The position numbers and the translations under genes are program-made. The notes beneath the pieces are model-generated. The model made no database searches, had not been told where the DNA came from, and was given only the letters and a program-made list of their open reading frames with translations. A stretch of 64,000 nucleotides of DNA from Protoeuglena noctilucae (taxonomy: Eukaryota): assembly GCA_958009085.1 (NCBI GenBank), contig OY253681.1, positions 682,001-746,000 on the forward strand, read 5' to 3'. Shown here in pieces: positions 36,557-50,247 of the stretch (position 1 is the stretch's first letter; each line of letters begins with the position of its first letter).

Positions 36557-39500
36557 ATGCACACAGAGGAGACCGTCCGCGATTCCCTCGGTGAGCGGGG
36601 GCCGAGGGGCCCTGGCGTCGCGCAAGCCCCGATGCACTCGGATACATCAGCTCAGGCCCCACGCGCCCGGTTCTCCCCGTCGGCGGCGGGCCGGCCGCCC
36701 CTACCCACTTCGCCCCGCGTCGCCAACTTAGGGCCCCCCGCTCGCTCCCGCAGGCTCCCTGGCCGCTTCGCCGCACTCGCGCGCCTTCGACTCGCACACG
36801 TCCGCGGAGCAGGGGGCCGGGACGCCGGGAGGCAACCCTCGCAAGCGGAAGAGTCTCAGCAGCGACCCTACCCAAGAGGACGACGGCCTGCAGCGGAACG
36901 CCCAGGTGGGGGTTCTATCGATGGCCCGCAAGGGGCGCCTGTCACGCTCCGCCGCATCGGAGACGAGCGCCGCGGGCCGGGTGCGTGCGGCTGGCGATGA
37001 GATCCGCTCACGCGCATATCCTGCCCCGCACCCCCGCCTCTCTGCAGGGCCAGGTCTGCATGTACACGCTGGCGTGCCCCCCCGGGATGCGCCGCGATCA
37101 TTACCAGCTGGAGGACTTCGTGATTCACCGTGATCTGGGCACGGGGCACGTGTCGGTGGTGTATTTGGTGGAGGACCGTGCCACGGGGGTCGTGTGCGCG
37201 CTCAAGGCGTACCGCAAGAAGCGACTCACGGCCCTTAATCGCCGGCAGGTCTGCCGGGAGATTGCGATCCACGGCGGCCTGCAGCACGAGAACATCATTG
37301 AGCTCTTCTGCGCCTTCGAGGACGAGTACTGCTACTACCTGGTGAGCGCACGGTGCTCAGTGCCCGCGTGTGATGTCCAGGCTGGTCGCCCCTGTGTCGT
37401 GCCAACCGCGATCGGCGTATGCTTGGGTGCAGCCCCCCTGCTTATGCTGTGCACATGCACATCTGCACCTGCAGCTCTGCACCACCCACCGCACAACGCT
37501 CGACCACCGCATGACCCCTGTTGAGGCATGACGAGGCCGCATCGTGCTGTGCCCCCAGGTCCTCGAGTACGCAGCGCGGGGCGACCTGTTCACGGAGCTG
37601 AAGCGCCGCGGGGGCCAGCTCAACGAGAAGATCGTTGTCAAGTTTGTGCTGCACCCTTTCCTGTCTGTCCTGTCCTTTCTCCACTCCAAGGGCATCGTGC
37701 ACCGCGACATCAAGCCCGAAAACATCTTATTCAGCCAGAGCCGAGTGCTCAAGGCGAGGGGCGCGAGGCAGGGCCGGTCACGAGCAGCCTGTCGACGTGG
37801 CTAGATGGACGGCGCATGTTGTCACGACGGTCAGCCGCGGTGGTCACCTTATCCCAACCTTATCCAACCCAACCCTGCCCCGCAGGTGGCCGACTTCGGG
37901 CTCTGCATCGACACGGGCGTGGAGCGCCCCGTGACGCGGCTGGGGACGCTGGACTACATGGCCCCCGAGGTGCTCCTGTGCCCGGACAAGGCACTCCCCG
38001 AGGTGACGACGACGCCAGTACCGCTGCCTTTAAAAGGAAGCTGCGTATGCACCCCGCTGGTCCCTTTTCATCTCTCCGACCCGCCTCCCATCCACCCACA
38101 TCAACCCACCCTCACATCTCCCCTCACTCCCCAGGACAACAAGAACCTCGTGGATGTCGCCTACGCGGCCGAAGTCGACTCGTGGGCATGCGGCGTGCTC
38201 GCCTACGAGCTCCTCGTGGGCGCCCCGCCCTTCGCGCGCAACACGCGTGAGGAGACCTACCGCTCCATCCTGTCATCGGAAGTCCGCTTCCCGGCGTGGG
38301 TGTCCGACGAGGCGCAGGACTGGATCCGACGGTCTCTTGAAAAGGATCCCTCCAAGCGCCCGTCCGTCATGGACCTGCTCAAGCACCCCTGGGTGGGCCT
38401 GCACCAGCGCCGCCCCTCCCTCCGCACCGCATCCAACGTCGAAGCCCACCCCCGCGCCGCCGCACCCCACCTCCCGCCCCACCCCGAGGGCGACGTGGCG
38501 GACCACGGGCTCCTCAAGACCGGATCCCTCGCCAGCCAGGACGCCGGGCTGCTCCTGCATCACGGCGCAGCGCCGGGCGCGCGCGCGCACGTGCACCCCT
38601 CCGCCAAGCCCCAGGTGAGAGCCGCCCTGCTGTGCTGCCCGTGCTACAAGATAATCCTCGGGTGATACATCGCAGCGGCATCGCCTCCCTCGTGCTACCC
38701 TGTCGCCTATTTGCTGCCTGTAACATTGTCGATGTGGCCTCGCTTGGTGGCTGCCAATCCCCATCGTGAGCCCAACCGCTCCCCGACGCTCCCCGCAGGT
38801 CCCCGGCCTGGCCGCACACCCCGCCATGCCCGTCGGGCTGTACGTCGGCTTCCATGCGACGTTCACGAGTGCGGTGGACATCCCCCGTGGGAGCCCGGCG
38901 GGGCCGGGCCTGGTCATCGGTAGCGGCCCGCGCAAGCCGGGGCCTGCGGGAACCACGGAGGCCGCGATCGCGGGCGGAGGGTGGCACACGCCCGTGGTGA
39001 TGCAGCACAAGTCAGGGGCGGGGCACCGTGGGACGGTGTCAAATCGGGAGCAACTGCCGATGCAGCACACGCTGCACGCGGCGCTGGGCCGCCAGGCGCA
39101 GCTCCCGGGGAGCCCCGTGCAGGGCGCGAGGGTCGGGTCCCCGGCCACGCCCCTGGCCAGCGCAAGGCGGGACCCGTTGAGCGGTCTCGGGGCGGGGGAC
39201 GACCTGCTGGTCAAGACAAGCCAAGAAGTGAGCCTTACGGGCAAGCGGGAAATTCGAACAATGAGACTGGCAAACCGCGGCTTTCGCTGGGCTGAGAGCC
39301 CCTGGGCGCCCACCTTTCGCAACGCCCTTGCCCATCCTCGCCCCCGCAGCTTGCGCCGACCGTGACCAACCAGACCCAGTCGACCGACATTCTCGCCGTC
39401 CCCAAGGCCACCCGCTCCCTCGACCTCACGTCCAATCCCCTCCTGCGCGCCCCGGGGTCCCTCATCCGAGCAGGGACGTCCCTTCCCACCAAGGCAGGCG

Positions 39501-40015
39501 CACCTGCCCCCGCCCCGGGCAGCCCTCCTCTCGCGCCCCCTCTCGCGCCCGCCGCGGTCGCCCACCCCGCCGTCCAGGCATCCGTGGGACAGGGGGCCCT
39601 CGGCAGCACCTTGTATCTGGAGGCTGCCGCCGCCAACCGGCGGATCCGCAAGAGCCTCCAGGGTATGTCGCTGTTCGAGATCCCCGAGCAGCCGGGCGTG
39701 GCCGCGTGCGCTCCCGAGGCCAGGATGACCTCTCCGGGGGAGGAATGGCCCTGCCCGTGGTCCGCCAACAGCCTGCTCCCGACGTCAGCCAGCGGGCGTC
39801 TGCCGGCCGGGTGAGCGCCTCCTGCGCCCGCAGCCAGGCTTCATTTCTCGCATTTTTGCATTCCGCATGCAGCTGCGCTGCTGGGTGGGTCCTGGAGTGC
39901 GAGAACTCCGCTTTTCCTCGCCTGCAGGGTGTCGCACGTGCCCGTCGCGCAGCGCCCGGCCCCCGAGCAATCCAACTCCCGCGTCCGGAGCTTCTTCCGC
40001 AAGGTCTTTGGTTAG
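36557..40015 (+). CDS. Aurora-like Ser/Thr protein kinase (chlorophyte type) with a long disordered C-terminal tail
   Basis: Spliced kinase motifs are LGTGHVSVVY, CALK, REIAIHGGLQHENII, LEYAARGDLF, HRDIKPENIL, VADFGL, VTRLGTLDYMAPE and VDSWACGVLAYELLVGAPPF. The protein ends RSFFRKVFG* (TAG 40013-40015). Confidence 0.93.
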
Positions 40016-40528
40016 TACATTGACTCCCGCGGGCCAACTGATGCACGTCCCCCCCCCAGCCACGTCTCCCGACAGACGTGTCCAGCGTCTCTGTACGTGT
40101 GCCACTGCCCTGGAGTGGTGTGACACCACTACTCTGGGAAATGCGCGTGCCTCGCCAACCTTGCTTGTGACACGAGATCCAACTCCCCTCGCGCCACGAC
40201 CCACCCCAGCGAGGGCCAGGCTGCTCGTCAGCCCTCCAGCATAGGCGTCCACCCCTACCACCGCTGCGATGCCGCTCGATGCCGCATCTGCTCTTTCCCT
40301 TTCCCTCTACACTTTCCTTGCCCCTCAAGTGCCCTCGCGCTCACGGGAGCGCTTGCCTGCGACCTCGGTAGGGCCTCACAGCGTGCCGGTCGTCACGCAC
40401 CGCCCCTCCCCGTTGTATTGCCGCGCCCCGGCCTTTCACTGTTCCAGCCAGTTGCTGTCGCGCACTCCGACCCAGCACGCGGCGCCGTCGGGCCACTGCT
40501 GCCAGTGCTTGCTTGTTCTTCTGTGCAC

Positions 40529-40533
40529 TGTAA
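40529..40533 (+). terminator. Candidate TGTAA polyadenylation signal of the kinase gene
   Basis: TGTAA lies about 0.5 kb after the stop; it is the established chlorophyte poly(A) signal. Confidence 0.4.
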
Positions 40534-41228
40534 TGGACGCCCCTCGCTTGCCTCGTCGCCCCCTACTCCCGCGCGCCCGCCGATGCGCATGCCCCCCGCA
40601 TGCGGCAATGCCCCACAGCGGCGAGAGCTGTCGGGTTTGCCCGCTAGGCCCCCGCGACCCTGTCACGCCCTTGTATTGTGCTAGCACCACGGGCGGTGGT
40701 GCCTGCGCCGCCCCGGATGTCTGAGAGCATTTCTAACACCCCCCCTTACCCCACGCGCTCCAGTCGGGGGGCGGGACGATAGGGGAGCTAGCCAGCAAGC
40801 TCTGCGGCACTCTCCCTTCCTCGTCTGCCCCCTCGGTCCTCTGGGGATGCTAGGCCTGTGCAACCGTGCGCACGCCCTTGATCCCCTTGATGACGGTACC
40901 CTCTTTCCCTGTCGCCTCGTGACCATATGATAGAGTTGAAGAGCCATTGACGCCCTTAGTGCGGCACTGCACACCTGACAGACCCCGCCGGAGGTCGAGA
41001 CTGGCACGGGCCTGGCTTAGGCTTCTGATCGAAAGCTGCTGCCCTGGCCTCAAAGCGGCAGCGTAAAGATACCAGAAGACCCCGTCAGAGTCACCAGACC
41101 TTGCGCGTCTTCTCTGCGTCACTGTGTCTGTCGCCTGCCCGCAGCTAGAGTCCGCCGGGCCTCGCACGTGTTTCGTGAGTCACCTATTGCTCGTGGATGA
41201 TGCGTCCGCGTGCGCTGCGCATGGCACG

Positions 41229-44200
41229 ATGACCGGAGGAGGCGCACCCGATGCCAATGGTGATTGCTCCCGCGTGCATGCCGTGTGAATCCGTATTCGG
41301 CACGGCGACGGCAATCACATACACAATCTGCGTCTCTTTGCGCCCAACGGCTGCGAAGCGGTCGCCGGCTTTTCCGCGCAGGAGGGCACACGGGGAAGCG
41401 TGGGCGCCCGTCGCTCACTCTGGCGTCGGGCAGCGGGAACTTGGGTGGGATCGAGGACTTGAACGACAACATGCGGTCCACCAAGCGATTCCTGTCCGAG
41501 ATGATGGCCAGCGGCCTGCAGGGCCTACGGATGTGCCAACCGGGCCCAGCAGAGGTGTGCGATGCGCGGAGAGAGCCTCCGACCAAACGACCTTGCAATA
41601 CGTACGATAAGGCTCGCGATGGTGCTATGCTGGGCTGCGCGTCTGTTCGCAGTGCGCGCGTACGACCATCTTGCCAATGCACGCTGCGCCCCTGTCCCGC
41701 AGCAGCCACCGGCCGCCGGTCGGGGCGAGCTATGGGTGTCGAGGCACGGCGGGGATGTCCGGGAGGTCAAAGCAGGGGATCAGTCGGACGTGGAGAGCTC
41801 TCGGATGGCGGTGGAGTCTGGGGCCGAGAGGCAAGTGGCTTTTCCCGCCCCTTGGCCGCGTGGCACCTTTCCAATCACGTCCCAAGCTCCTCCGACACTA
41901 AACGTGCTGCAGCGCAGCAACTTGCCTGACCCCGAGCCCGCCCGCCCCGCGCAGAGACTCGCACGTGCACGAAGTGTCGGGCGGTGCTGCCGACCTGGCC
42001 CGGACGCACTCGGGGTCGCCCTCTGCAGCCGCGTCGCCCCGCACCTCGTTTCCCTGGGCCATGGAGGGCACCGAGTCGTCACGGGGCATGGCCAGCGATG
42101 CCTCCAACAGCCGCAATCGCTCCACGTCTGGACCCACCTCCGGCATGCAGCCACCGCCTCCGCAAGCTGCGGGCGAGGCTCGCGGGACCCCGTCGCCCCG
42201 CGCGCTCGCTCCGACGGTGCTCGTCCGCGGCGCTGTGTCCTCGGGGCCGCCCGCGGCCTCCCTGCCCGCCTCCTGCCCAGGGTGAGCTGGGGAGCAACAA
42301 CAGAGCACGTTGCATGTCTGGGATGCGGCTGCAACTCGCGCATGACCTAAGTCTAAACACCTCGCCGTGCCTTGCAGCTCCGGGAGCCCTGCCGGACTGG
42401 ACATGGCGACCGCTGCGACCCAGGCCCTGCCACTGTCCCCGCCCCTGCCCCTCCCCATGCTCTCGGGCCGCCAGGCCTCGGACGGCGCTGTGTCGCCCTG
42501 CTCGCAACCGCCGGCCGCGCCCATCGCTGGCGCCGACCCGACTGCACCGTTCCCTTATGCACCCCGCGACGGCCATGGCATGGCCGCCGCCCCATCCCCT
42601 GCTGATGCCATGCAGGGAGGTCTCCCGGGGTCGCCCAGCGACTCGTTCGCCGTGCAGCTCAACCTGCGCAAGGTCGTGATCATGCGATCTGTGTCCCGGG
42701 GCGGGGGCGGGAGGGGGGCGCTCTCACCCCGCCGCCCCAGCAATCCAGGGCTGGTAGACAACGTGGGGCGCCCGCCGCTGCCCCCGGCCGCCGCCGACGC
42801 CGCCGCGGGGATCGATCGGATGGACAAAGCCGACCGCGCCGTGGTGGGCAGCAACCCAGGCAGCCCCTCCAGCGCGCCGTCGTTATGGGGCACCGCCATT
42901 TGGGACGGAGCGTCCCCTTGGGTCCTCAGTGCTGCGACGCCCGGCTCCGGGCTGTGGGCGGGTAGCACCGCCGTCGCCGCACACGGCACGACGCAGGTGC
43001 GGCCCGGGCAGCTGCTTTCCTGAGACAGACGACGCTTGCCACGCTGCGATGCTTCCGGGCGCCCGGTCCACGTCTAGTCCAGGGGGCCTGGTTGGCAGCG
43101 GCGACTCTGCAAGCAACCTCCAACCGTCATCTGGTATCCACGTAAACGCTCTCTTCGCCCGTGCAGGTCGGCCACACGACCAGCCGCCTGTCCCGGGGCG
43201 TGTCGGCCCGAGACCTCTCCGAGCGACCTCCCAGCTCCCTGCGCACCAGCGGGGGCTACCTGCGGGGCGCCAACCGGCCCAGCACGAGCATGTCCATGCG
43301 GAGCGAGGAGTCTTCGAGCTCCTCTGGTGAGGCCTGGACGGGGCTGGCAGGACAGGGCTGGCGATGGGGGCATGGGTAGGCATGCTTGCATGAAGAAAGG
43401 GCTACCGAGACGTTAAGCGCGTGGCTACGCGGCCCCCGCCCTTCTCCCACCCAGACACTTCATCCACCGGGTCCGCTCTCCGCTCCCACGCCACCCATGA
43501 CATGAGCGTGGGTGCCATCGCTCACTCGATCGGCAACCCCCGGGCCTCCACCGAGTCCCCGGCCGTCACGGGGCCCGACGGACTCGTGTTCCCGTCGCTG
43601 GCAATCGCCAACGCCAACGCCGCGGCCTCGCCGACGCTGCAGAGCCCCCTGCAGGGAGCGTGGGGCGCGCCGGGACCGCCCGGGGTGCGAAGACGTGTCT
43701 CGGTAGAAGGGTCTTCACGCCCGCGCGGCTTGGAGGCGGGTCCCGCGTTGGTGGAGGGCGCGTCATGGTGGGGCGGGCGAGCGCTGCGGGCCGAGGGGCC
43801 AGCAGTGGGGTACCCCTCGCCACGCTCGGCAGGGCTACGTGGGTTTGACCCGAGAGCGCTGTTCTGGCCCGGGCTCAGTCCGTCCTCCGAGGCGCCCGAT
43901 GGGGCGGGCGGGATGGGCCGAGGCGACTCTGGGCTGTTCGGGCGGGCGGAGGGCAACTCAGTGGACATGGAGAGGGGCCCAGAGGGCGCTGCAGCGGGGC
44001 CGACAGAGGGCCCCGGGGAGGCAGGGGGCCCGGAGGCGCTGCCCCTGTGGCGGCGGAGTTCGCTGTACGAGGCTGAGCGCGGACCGGGAGTCAAGAGAGG
44101 TGGGATGGTGTTTCGCATTGGCCACGCGAAGCTGGGCGTGGAAACGCCCCCTGACCTCCCCGCCCCACCGTCTCGCAGGATGAGAGAATCTCGGAGCTAC

Positions 44201-47200
44201 GTGATAGGTGATGTTCGATATTACCCGATTTGCAGGGCCCCTAATGCAGCCCACGCTGCGATTCAGGGTTCTTTGACCTGACTACTCAGAAACATGGCAG
44301 CCCCATTCTTTCCTCGCCATTCTTTCCTCGCTGCTGCTCCAGTCACGTATATGATGTTTGCCTGTGTTCGTAGGTTCAGGTCGGATTGAAAGCGGCGTTT
44401 TGCGGAGAGGCAGCAGCCCCGCACGTGCGCCCTGCGCGTCCCTGGGTCCAGCGACCACACAGGAATTGTCCGTGACACATGCGCGCGAAAGCCTCTGTCT
44501 CTTAGCAAGCCCCTGGACGCGATGGACGAGAAGGATAACGCCCAGCTCCTCGGGGAGTCGTCCCTCGAGGTGGATCAGCCCCCGCCATGGCCCGTCAAGG
44601 TGCGCCCTCCATTTGTTTCGATCGTTTGATTGGAAAGCGATCGCATGTCAGCGTGGCGTCCGCGACCGCCCCAGGTCTTCTTGTCACCACGCCAGCCCTC
44701 CCGCCCGCTGACAGGTCCTATCCAGTGTGTGTTGGTTCGCGTTCCAGGTCGCGTGCGCGTTGCTCCTGTGCGCCAGGTGCGTGCGCCTCTGTCATGCTCA
44801 GGCTTCGTGCGTTGCAGCTCGGACTGAAGCGGCGCGCCGGCTTCTCGCCCCGCGGTTGGCTTCGTCCGGCGCCGGTCCTCTTAAAGGTTTCCCATCCTCG
44901 GCGCTGGGCCCCCCCGACCCGCACTCCTTCCTCTCGCTCAACCCCGCAGCAACATCTATCTTTTCTTCCCGGGAAGCACCTCCGTGGCCCGCTGGCCCGT
45001 CATCTCCGCGCTTCTGGCGATCATTTTGGCGGACACGGCTGTGCAGCGGGCGTGTCACGCGTACGGCTACGTGGACTTGGAGTTTGAGACATGGGTACCC
45101 GAGATTTTGGACGTCGTGAGCTCGGTGAGCGGCGCGGCCCGATCACGACCCGGTGCAGCTGACCTGCTGTCATCGAAGCGTAGACGCACGGCGCGTTGGT
45201 GACGCCTCCTCGCCACGCCGCACGGCGACGCGACCCACGCCGAGCTGCCGTTGCCTGCAGCTCTCGACCCTCGCCGGGGCCCTCGTCCTCCATTTCGCCG
45301 GAAGCGCTCTTCAACTCGACTCGCCCATCTCGGCCTCCCGGTACACCGACCTGTCGCGCTGGGCGGACGTGTTGACGCGTGCCGGGGCCCATGGCCTTTT
45401 GCTGCTGGGCATCCTCAAGGTCTGCACCGCCGCCTTCCGCCTGTCGTGCTGGCGCGTGCAGCGATCCCGCAGCGCCATCAGCAACACCTCGAGCTCGCGC
45501 AACCTCCGCATCTTCATCCTCGTCATGTCGGCCGGCACCTCCTTTGCGTTTGTGGCGCTGGTGGAGGCCCTGGTGCAGGTGAGCCCGCGCTCGCAGTGAC
45601 TCCGGAACAACCATCCATCGGCCGGAGTCTCGCCGGGGGCGTCTGGGATGGCGCGCGCGTGGAAGATGGGTGACACGTCTGCACGCCCCGGGTACCCAAG
45701 CAACTTTAAACCTTTTCTCTCGCCTCCCAACGCCCCCGCAGATCTCCGCCACGTGGGGCATCCTCTCGGGCTTCCCAGGCCCCCTCCCCACCCTCCTGAC
45801 CAACGTGCTGGGCGCCATCACGGACGAGACGCAGTTCGCGCGTGTGGCGTCCACGGGCGTGTCGGACGCCAACGCCGGCGTCGACTCCTGCGTGCGCGTG
45901 CTATCTGTGTCCCGCGGCGCATGGGCCGTGCAGGGCTACCCCGCATCCGCTGCCGACTGCCTGACCGTGACGTCCGACAACGGCGCTGCCACCGGCACCT
46001 TCTGCATCCGCCACTGGTGAGCGAGGGCGAAGGACGCGGGCCAAGGGCGCGCTCTGTCGCATACTATGCTGATGAACGCGCTCAGGAGTCACCTGTTGAC
46101 CTTAGCATCACCCAAGGCCGGCAAGGTCGTGAAATAGCGATGGTTGTCCCTTGTCGCCGCAGCCACGTCATCCGCTACCGTGCGTCCAGCGCCACGACGG
46201 GCGTCCTGCTGGCGGCGCTGCTGGCGTTCATCGCGAGCGCGAGCTACTTCGGGCACGGGCAGGTAGTGTACCCCTTGACGCGTCTGCTCCGCACCATCGT
46301 GCGCGCCGCCTCCCATCTCGACGATGAGGGCATGCTCACGGACGCCGGCGAGCGCGCCGACGTGGCCATCACGGCCGAGGAGGCCGTGGCGCGTGTCGTC
46401 AAGGGGATCACGCTGCTCCTGAAGGCGTCATTCCGTGGCAAAGCCGTCGTGCGGCGGATGCTGCAGGAGGCCAACAAGGTCGACCGGGAGCACGACGTGG
46501 GCATTCTGGACATCTACGGGATGCGCAACTCGAGCCGCAACTCCGTCGGCGACGCGCCCCGCAGCGCCCACTCCAGGCGCTCCGACCGGGACCGGGACTC
46601 GGTGCACGACGGGGTCACGGTGGCCGTGGCCGCGCTGCCCACGGGCGCGCAGCGCGTGTCGGCGCCGCGCGTGACGAACCACGACGACGGGTCGGTCGGG
46701 GGCGCGGACCCCGGTGCCCAGCCCAGCGGCAACCCGGGCAGCGTGCCGGGCGCGTGGCGGCGCCTGCGGGGCGCCCCGGCCGCCTGGGCCCAGGGATCGT
46801 TACACGACATGCCGGAGGAGTTCGGGACGCTGGCGCTGGACGTGCTCCGCATGCCCCGCGAGCACCTGCCCGACCTGATCGTGGAGATTTTCCGGGCCAT
46901 GCGGCTGCTGGCGCCGAGGCCGGACCCGGCCGACCCCCTCCCGCCGCGCAAGGAGAGCCGGCACGACCGGGCGGCCATCGTGGCGGCGGTGATGGAGGCG
47001 GGGGGGCCCTCGGCTCCCTCAGGGGACCCCGAGCGCAAGAGCCTTTTCAAACGCGAGATGTCGCGGCAGACGACGGCGACGGACAACGCGGGGGGGGCAT
47101 CCCACACTCCCAAGCAGGGCATCTTCGTCAGGGAGGACACGCTACGGTGTTTCATACGCGAGGTGGAGAAACGGTACCTGGACAACCCGTACCACAGGTG

Positions 47201-49894
47201 AGACTGAGAAGACGCTCTGGGGTCACGAGAGGCTGCGGTGTTTCCATGCCGTGACGCGTGCCACTCGCTAGGTGTTGCGTGCTGATGGGAGCACGCGGTG
47301 GGCGTCACTTATACGACCATGTGACGGTGCATCTCCTATCAAACCTTGTATCGCCCTGCCTGTCCCTGCAGATGGGAGCACGCGGTGGACGTCACCCACA
47401 CGACCTTCGCCCTCCTGCGCATGGCCACGTCCTTCCGCAAGCGACATCTGTCCCGGGCGCAGCTGTTTGCGCTGCTCGTGTCGGCCGTGGCGCACGACAT
47501 GGGGCACCGCGGGGTGAGTGGTTGAGTGGGGGGAGGGTTGCTGGTATCTCTAACATGGGGCACCGCGGGGTGAGTGGTTGAGTGGGGGGAGGGTTGCTGG
47601 TATCTCTAACATGGGGCACCGCGGGGTGAGTGGTGGAGTGGGGGAAGGGTGGCCTGTTGATTGTGACATGGCACATGGGGTGTGAGTGGGGGAAGGGTTG
47701 CTTGTACCTCTAACACGGTGCAGTCATCAGCGGGCTTGGTGCGACCTCACCCTCACTTCGACTGCACACAGGTCAGCAACGCCCACCTGGTCAAGACGGG
47801 GGACATTCTGGCGCTCACCTACAACGACGCCAGCCCCCAGGCGAGGCCGGCAACGATGCGCACATGAGTCAGCTGTTGTTGCCCCTCTGCACGGCAACAC
47901 ACTGGGCCAACTCACTCCTACTCAATAACCCCCTCACTTTCCTTGCTGAGCTCCACGCCGTTTGCCAGGACGGGAGCCCTAGCGCAATGCAACCGTCAAG
48001 CCTACTCGCAACGTCGTTTGTTGCCCCTCGCAACACCGCTCCCCTCTCTCCAACCCCTCAGGAGAACATGCACGTGTCCTCTCTGTTCCAGCTGTGCCAG
48101 AAAGTGCCAGAGGCGGACGTGTTCGAGTGCCTGCCGCCCGACGCCTACACCGAGGTCCGCAAGCTCATGATCGACCTCATCCTCGACACGGACATGGCCG
48201 CCCACTTCCACCGGTGAGCAGTTACTATGTAATATATAAATGCACTCTAGTCATGTAATGGCTCATCTCATGATCGACCTCATCCTTGACACGGACATGG
48301 CCGCCCACTTCCACCGGTGATTGCTTAATAGAGGGGATGCATTTCAATGACAAAGGCAGGTGTGGCTGTGCAGGCTTTGCTGGGCAAGCATTCCTGTGCA
48401 CTTGTCTCGCTCCCGTCTCCCACCCTCACCTCACCCCACCTCGCACCCCTCACCCGTCTCTCCCCACCTCACCCCCCACCCCCCACCACACAGGGTGGCG
48501 GAGATGGAGGTGGTGCTGGGCAAGGCCGAGGCGGCAGGCGAGGGGTCGTCCAGCGAGTCCGAGAGCGGCGGGCGTCGCGGCGCAGTGGCACCCGCACCCA
48601 CAGCGCCCCGCATGACCCCCGAGGACGTGCGGTGCGTGCTCTTGGGACTGCTCCACGCCGCGGACCTGGGCAACTGCGTCAAGCCCATCCACATCCACGC
48701 GTCCTGGTCGGTGCAAGTCATCCAGGAGGTGAGGGGAGAGCGAGAGCGTGACTGTCATGTGCGTCGCTCCAACGCTCATGGCATCCAATCGTTGATCGAA
48801 CCCATGTCTTTCAGACAGCCAATCCAGATGCTCATGGCATTCACCGGTTGATCGGACTGTTAATCGACTGCATGTCTTTCTAGACACCCCCATGCACATG
48901 CTCATGTCGTTCCATCGTCGATCGACTCCACGTCTCCCTCCCCCGCAGTTCTTCAACGAGGCTCAGATCCAGAAGGAGCTGGGGATGGAGCCCGTGCCCT
49001 TCATGGACCCCGAGAAGTGCTTCGTCCCAACATCGCAGATGGACTTCCTTGAGTTCATCGCCAGGCCCCTGGTGAGAAGAGAGCGCTGCTTAGGGGTAGA
49101 TATTGGACGGCACGATGGCGACGGCACCTCACCTCTGACTCCCCATTATAGAGACTTGATCGCACTGCCCGGGTTGCCTCTGCCTCTGCCCCGGTGGGTG
49201 CATGTGGTATACTGCAGTCAGCAGTTCTCTTGCATGATGACGTGCCTCCTCGCTTCCTCATTCACAGTTCATGGCCCTCGTCCGGCTCGTGCCGGAGCTC
49301 TTGCCCCTGCTGGACAACATTCAGAGGAACTTCCGGCTCTGGGCCGCGCTGGGCGTCGAGGCGCGGGAGCCCGGGGACCCGGCGCTCGAGATCCTCGTGT
49401 CGGGGAGCGCCGAGTTCTTCAAGGCGGCGCGGGCGGCGGCGCGGGCGGCCGCCAAGGCCAACAGCAAGGGGTCGATCGGAGCCATGCTGACACCGCCCTA
49501 CGCGCGCACCCAGAGCGCCAAGCAGGCCTCCGCCAAGGGCGCCGTCACGGACGGGCCCAGTTCCGTGTTCTCCGGAGCCACGCTGAGCGCCGCGGAGGGC
49601 GGGGGCGCGGGGACGAAGCGGTCGGCTCTGATGCAGCAGGCGAGCGCAGTGCCGACGCCGGCGACCGGAACCGCTCCGCGCTCGGCGCTCCCGCCTGAGC
49701 ATCGTCTCTAAGCCATTCTGCAGGTGCTGGAGCTGGCGCCGGTGGTGAACGACAAGGTCGAGGCGGTGCTCGCCAAGAGCATCGAGGACCTGAGCGGCAT
49801 GGGCCTCCGCGAACCGCCCCCCTCCGTGACCCCCGGTGTTCTGGCGGACAAGGTGGCTGCATTCCTGGTTAAGACGGACCCCTCCCAGTGCTGA
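41229..49894 (+). CDS. Membrane-bound class I 3',5'-cyclic nucleotide phosphodiesterase, paralog 1 (long disordered N-terminus, 6-TM module, PDEase domain)
   Basis: Catalytic motifs are NPYHR|WEHAVDV, AHDMGHRG|VSN, YNDASPQ|ENMH, ILDTDMAAH, LLHAADLGN, QE|FF and SQMDFLEFIARPL. Six hydrophobic segments lie at 44714-46300. The Ser/Pro/Gly-rich exons at 41229-44207 can join in frame through the acceptor at 44462, which is less certain. Confidence 0.9.
47498..47650 (+). repeat. 56-bp tandem repeat spanning an exon end and splice donor (about 3 copies plus a decayed fourth)
   Basis: catggggcaccgcggg|gtgagtggttgagtggggggagggttgctggtatctctaa occurs at 47498, 47554 and 47610. Confidence 0.93.
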
Positions 49895-50247
49895 TGGTGC
49901 CAATACCACCAGCACGGCACACACCCGCGTCGCCCGTGTAGCCAGCCCAGCAGTCCATGTCTGGCGGCGCATGGAGAGGCATGGAGAGGTCGTGCGTGTG
50001 GTATCTGCTCTTTAGCGAACATCATCGTAGACTTCAGCGCCCATTCCGTGACGAGCAATTAAACCGATTTTCTGACTCGTCGTACCGGTCGAACCGACCT
50101 CTCGACGCCATCTTCTGCGGCGGGCCGCAACATCACAGTAGCTCCTACACTCCTTACCGCCCAAAAAGTGGATGGCACTCCCACGGCGGCGCACGAGTGT
50201 GTTCGCATGTGTGGGCATCGCCCGCCGGCTGAGGATGTCGGGGCGCG

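Noticed and set aside
40114..40130. Hairpin agtggtg-tga-caccact in the kinase 3' UTR as a regulatory RNA element
   Set aside because: A single short stem is expected by chance at this GC content, and there is no supporting motif.
40850..41167. Possible small minus-strand gene between the kinase and PDE1
   Set aside because: It has no recognisable motif, a non-ATG start and no convincing splice structure; it is probably UTR or promoter sequence.
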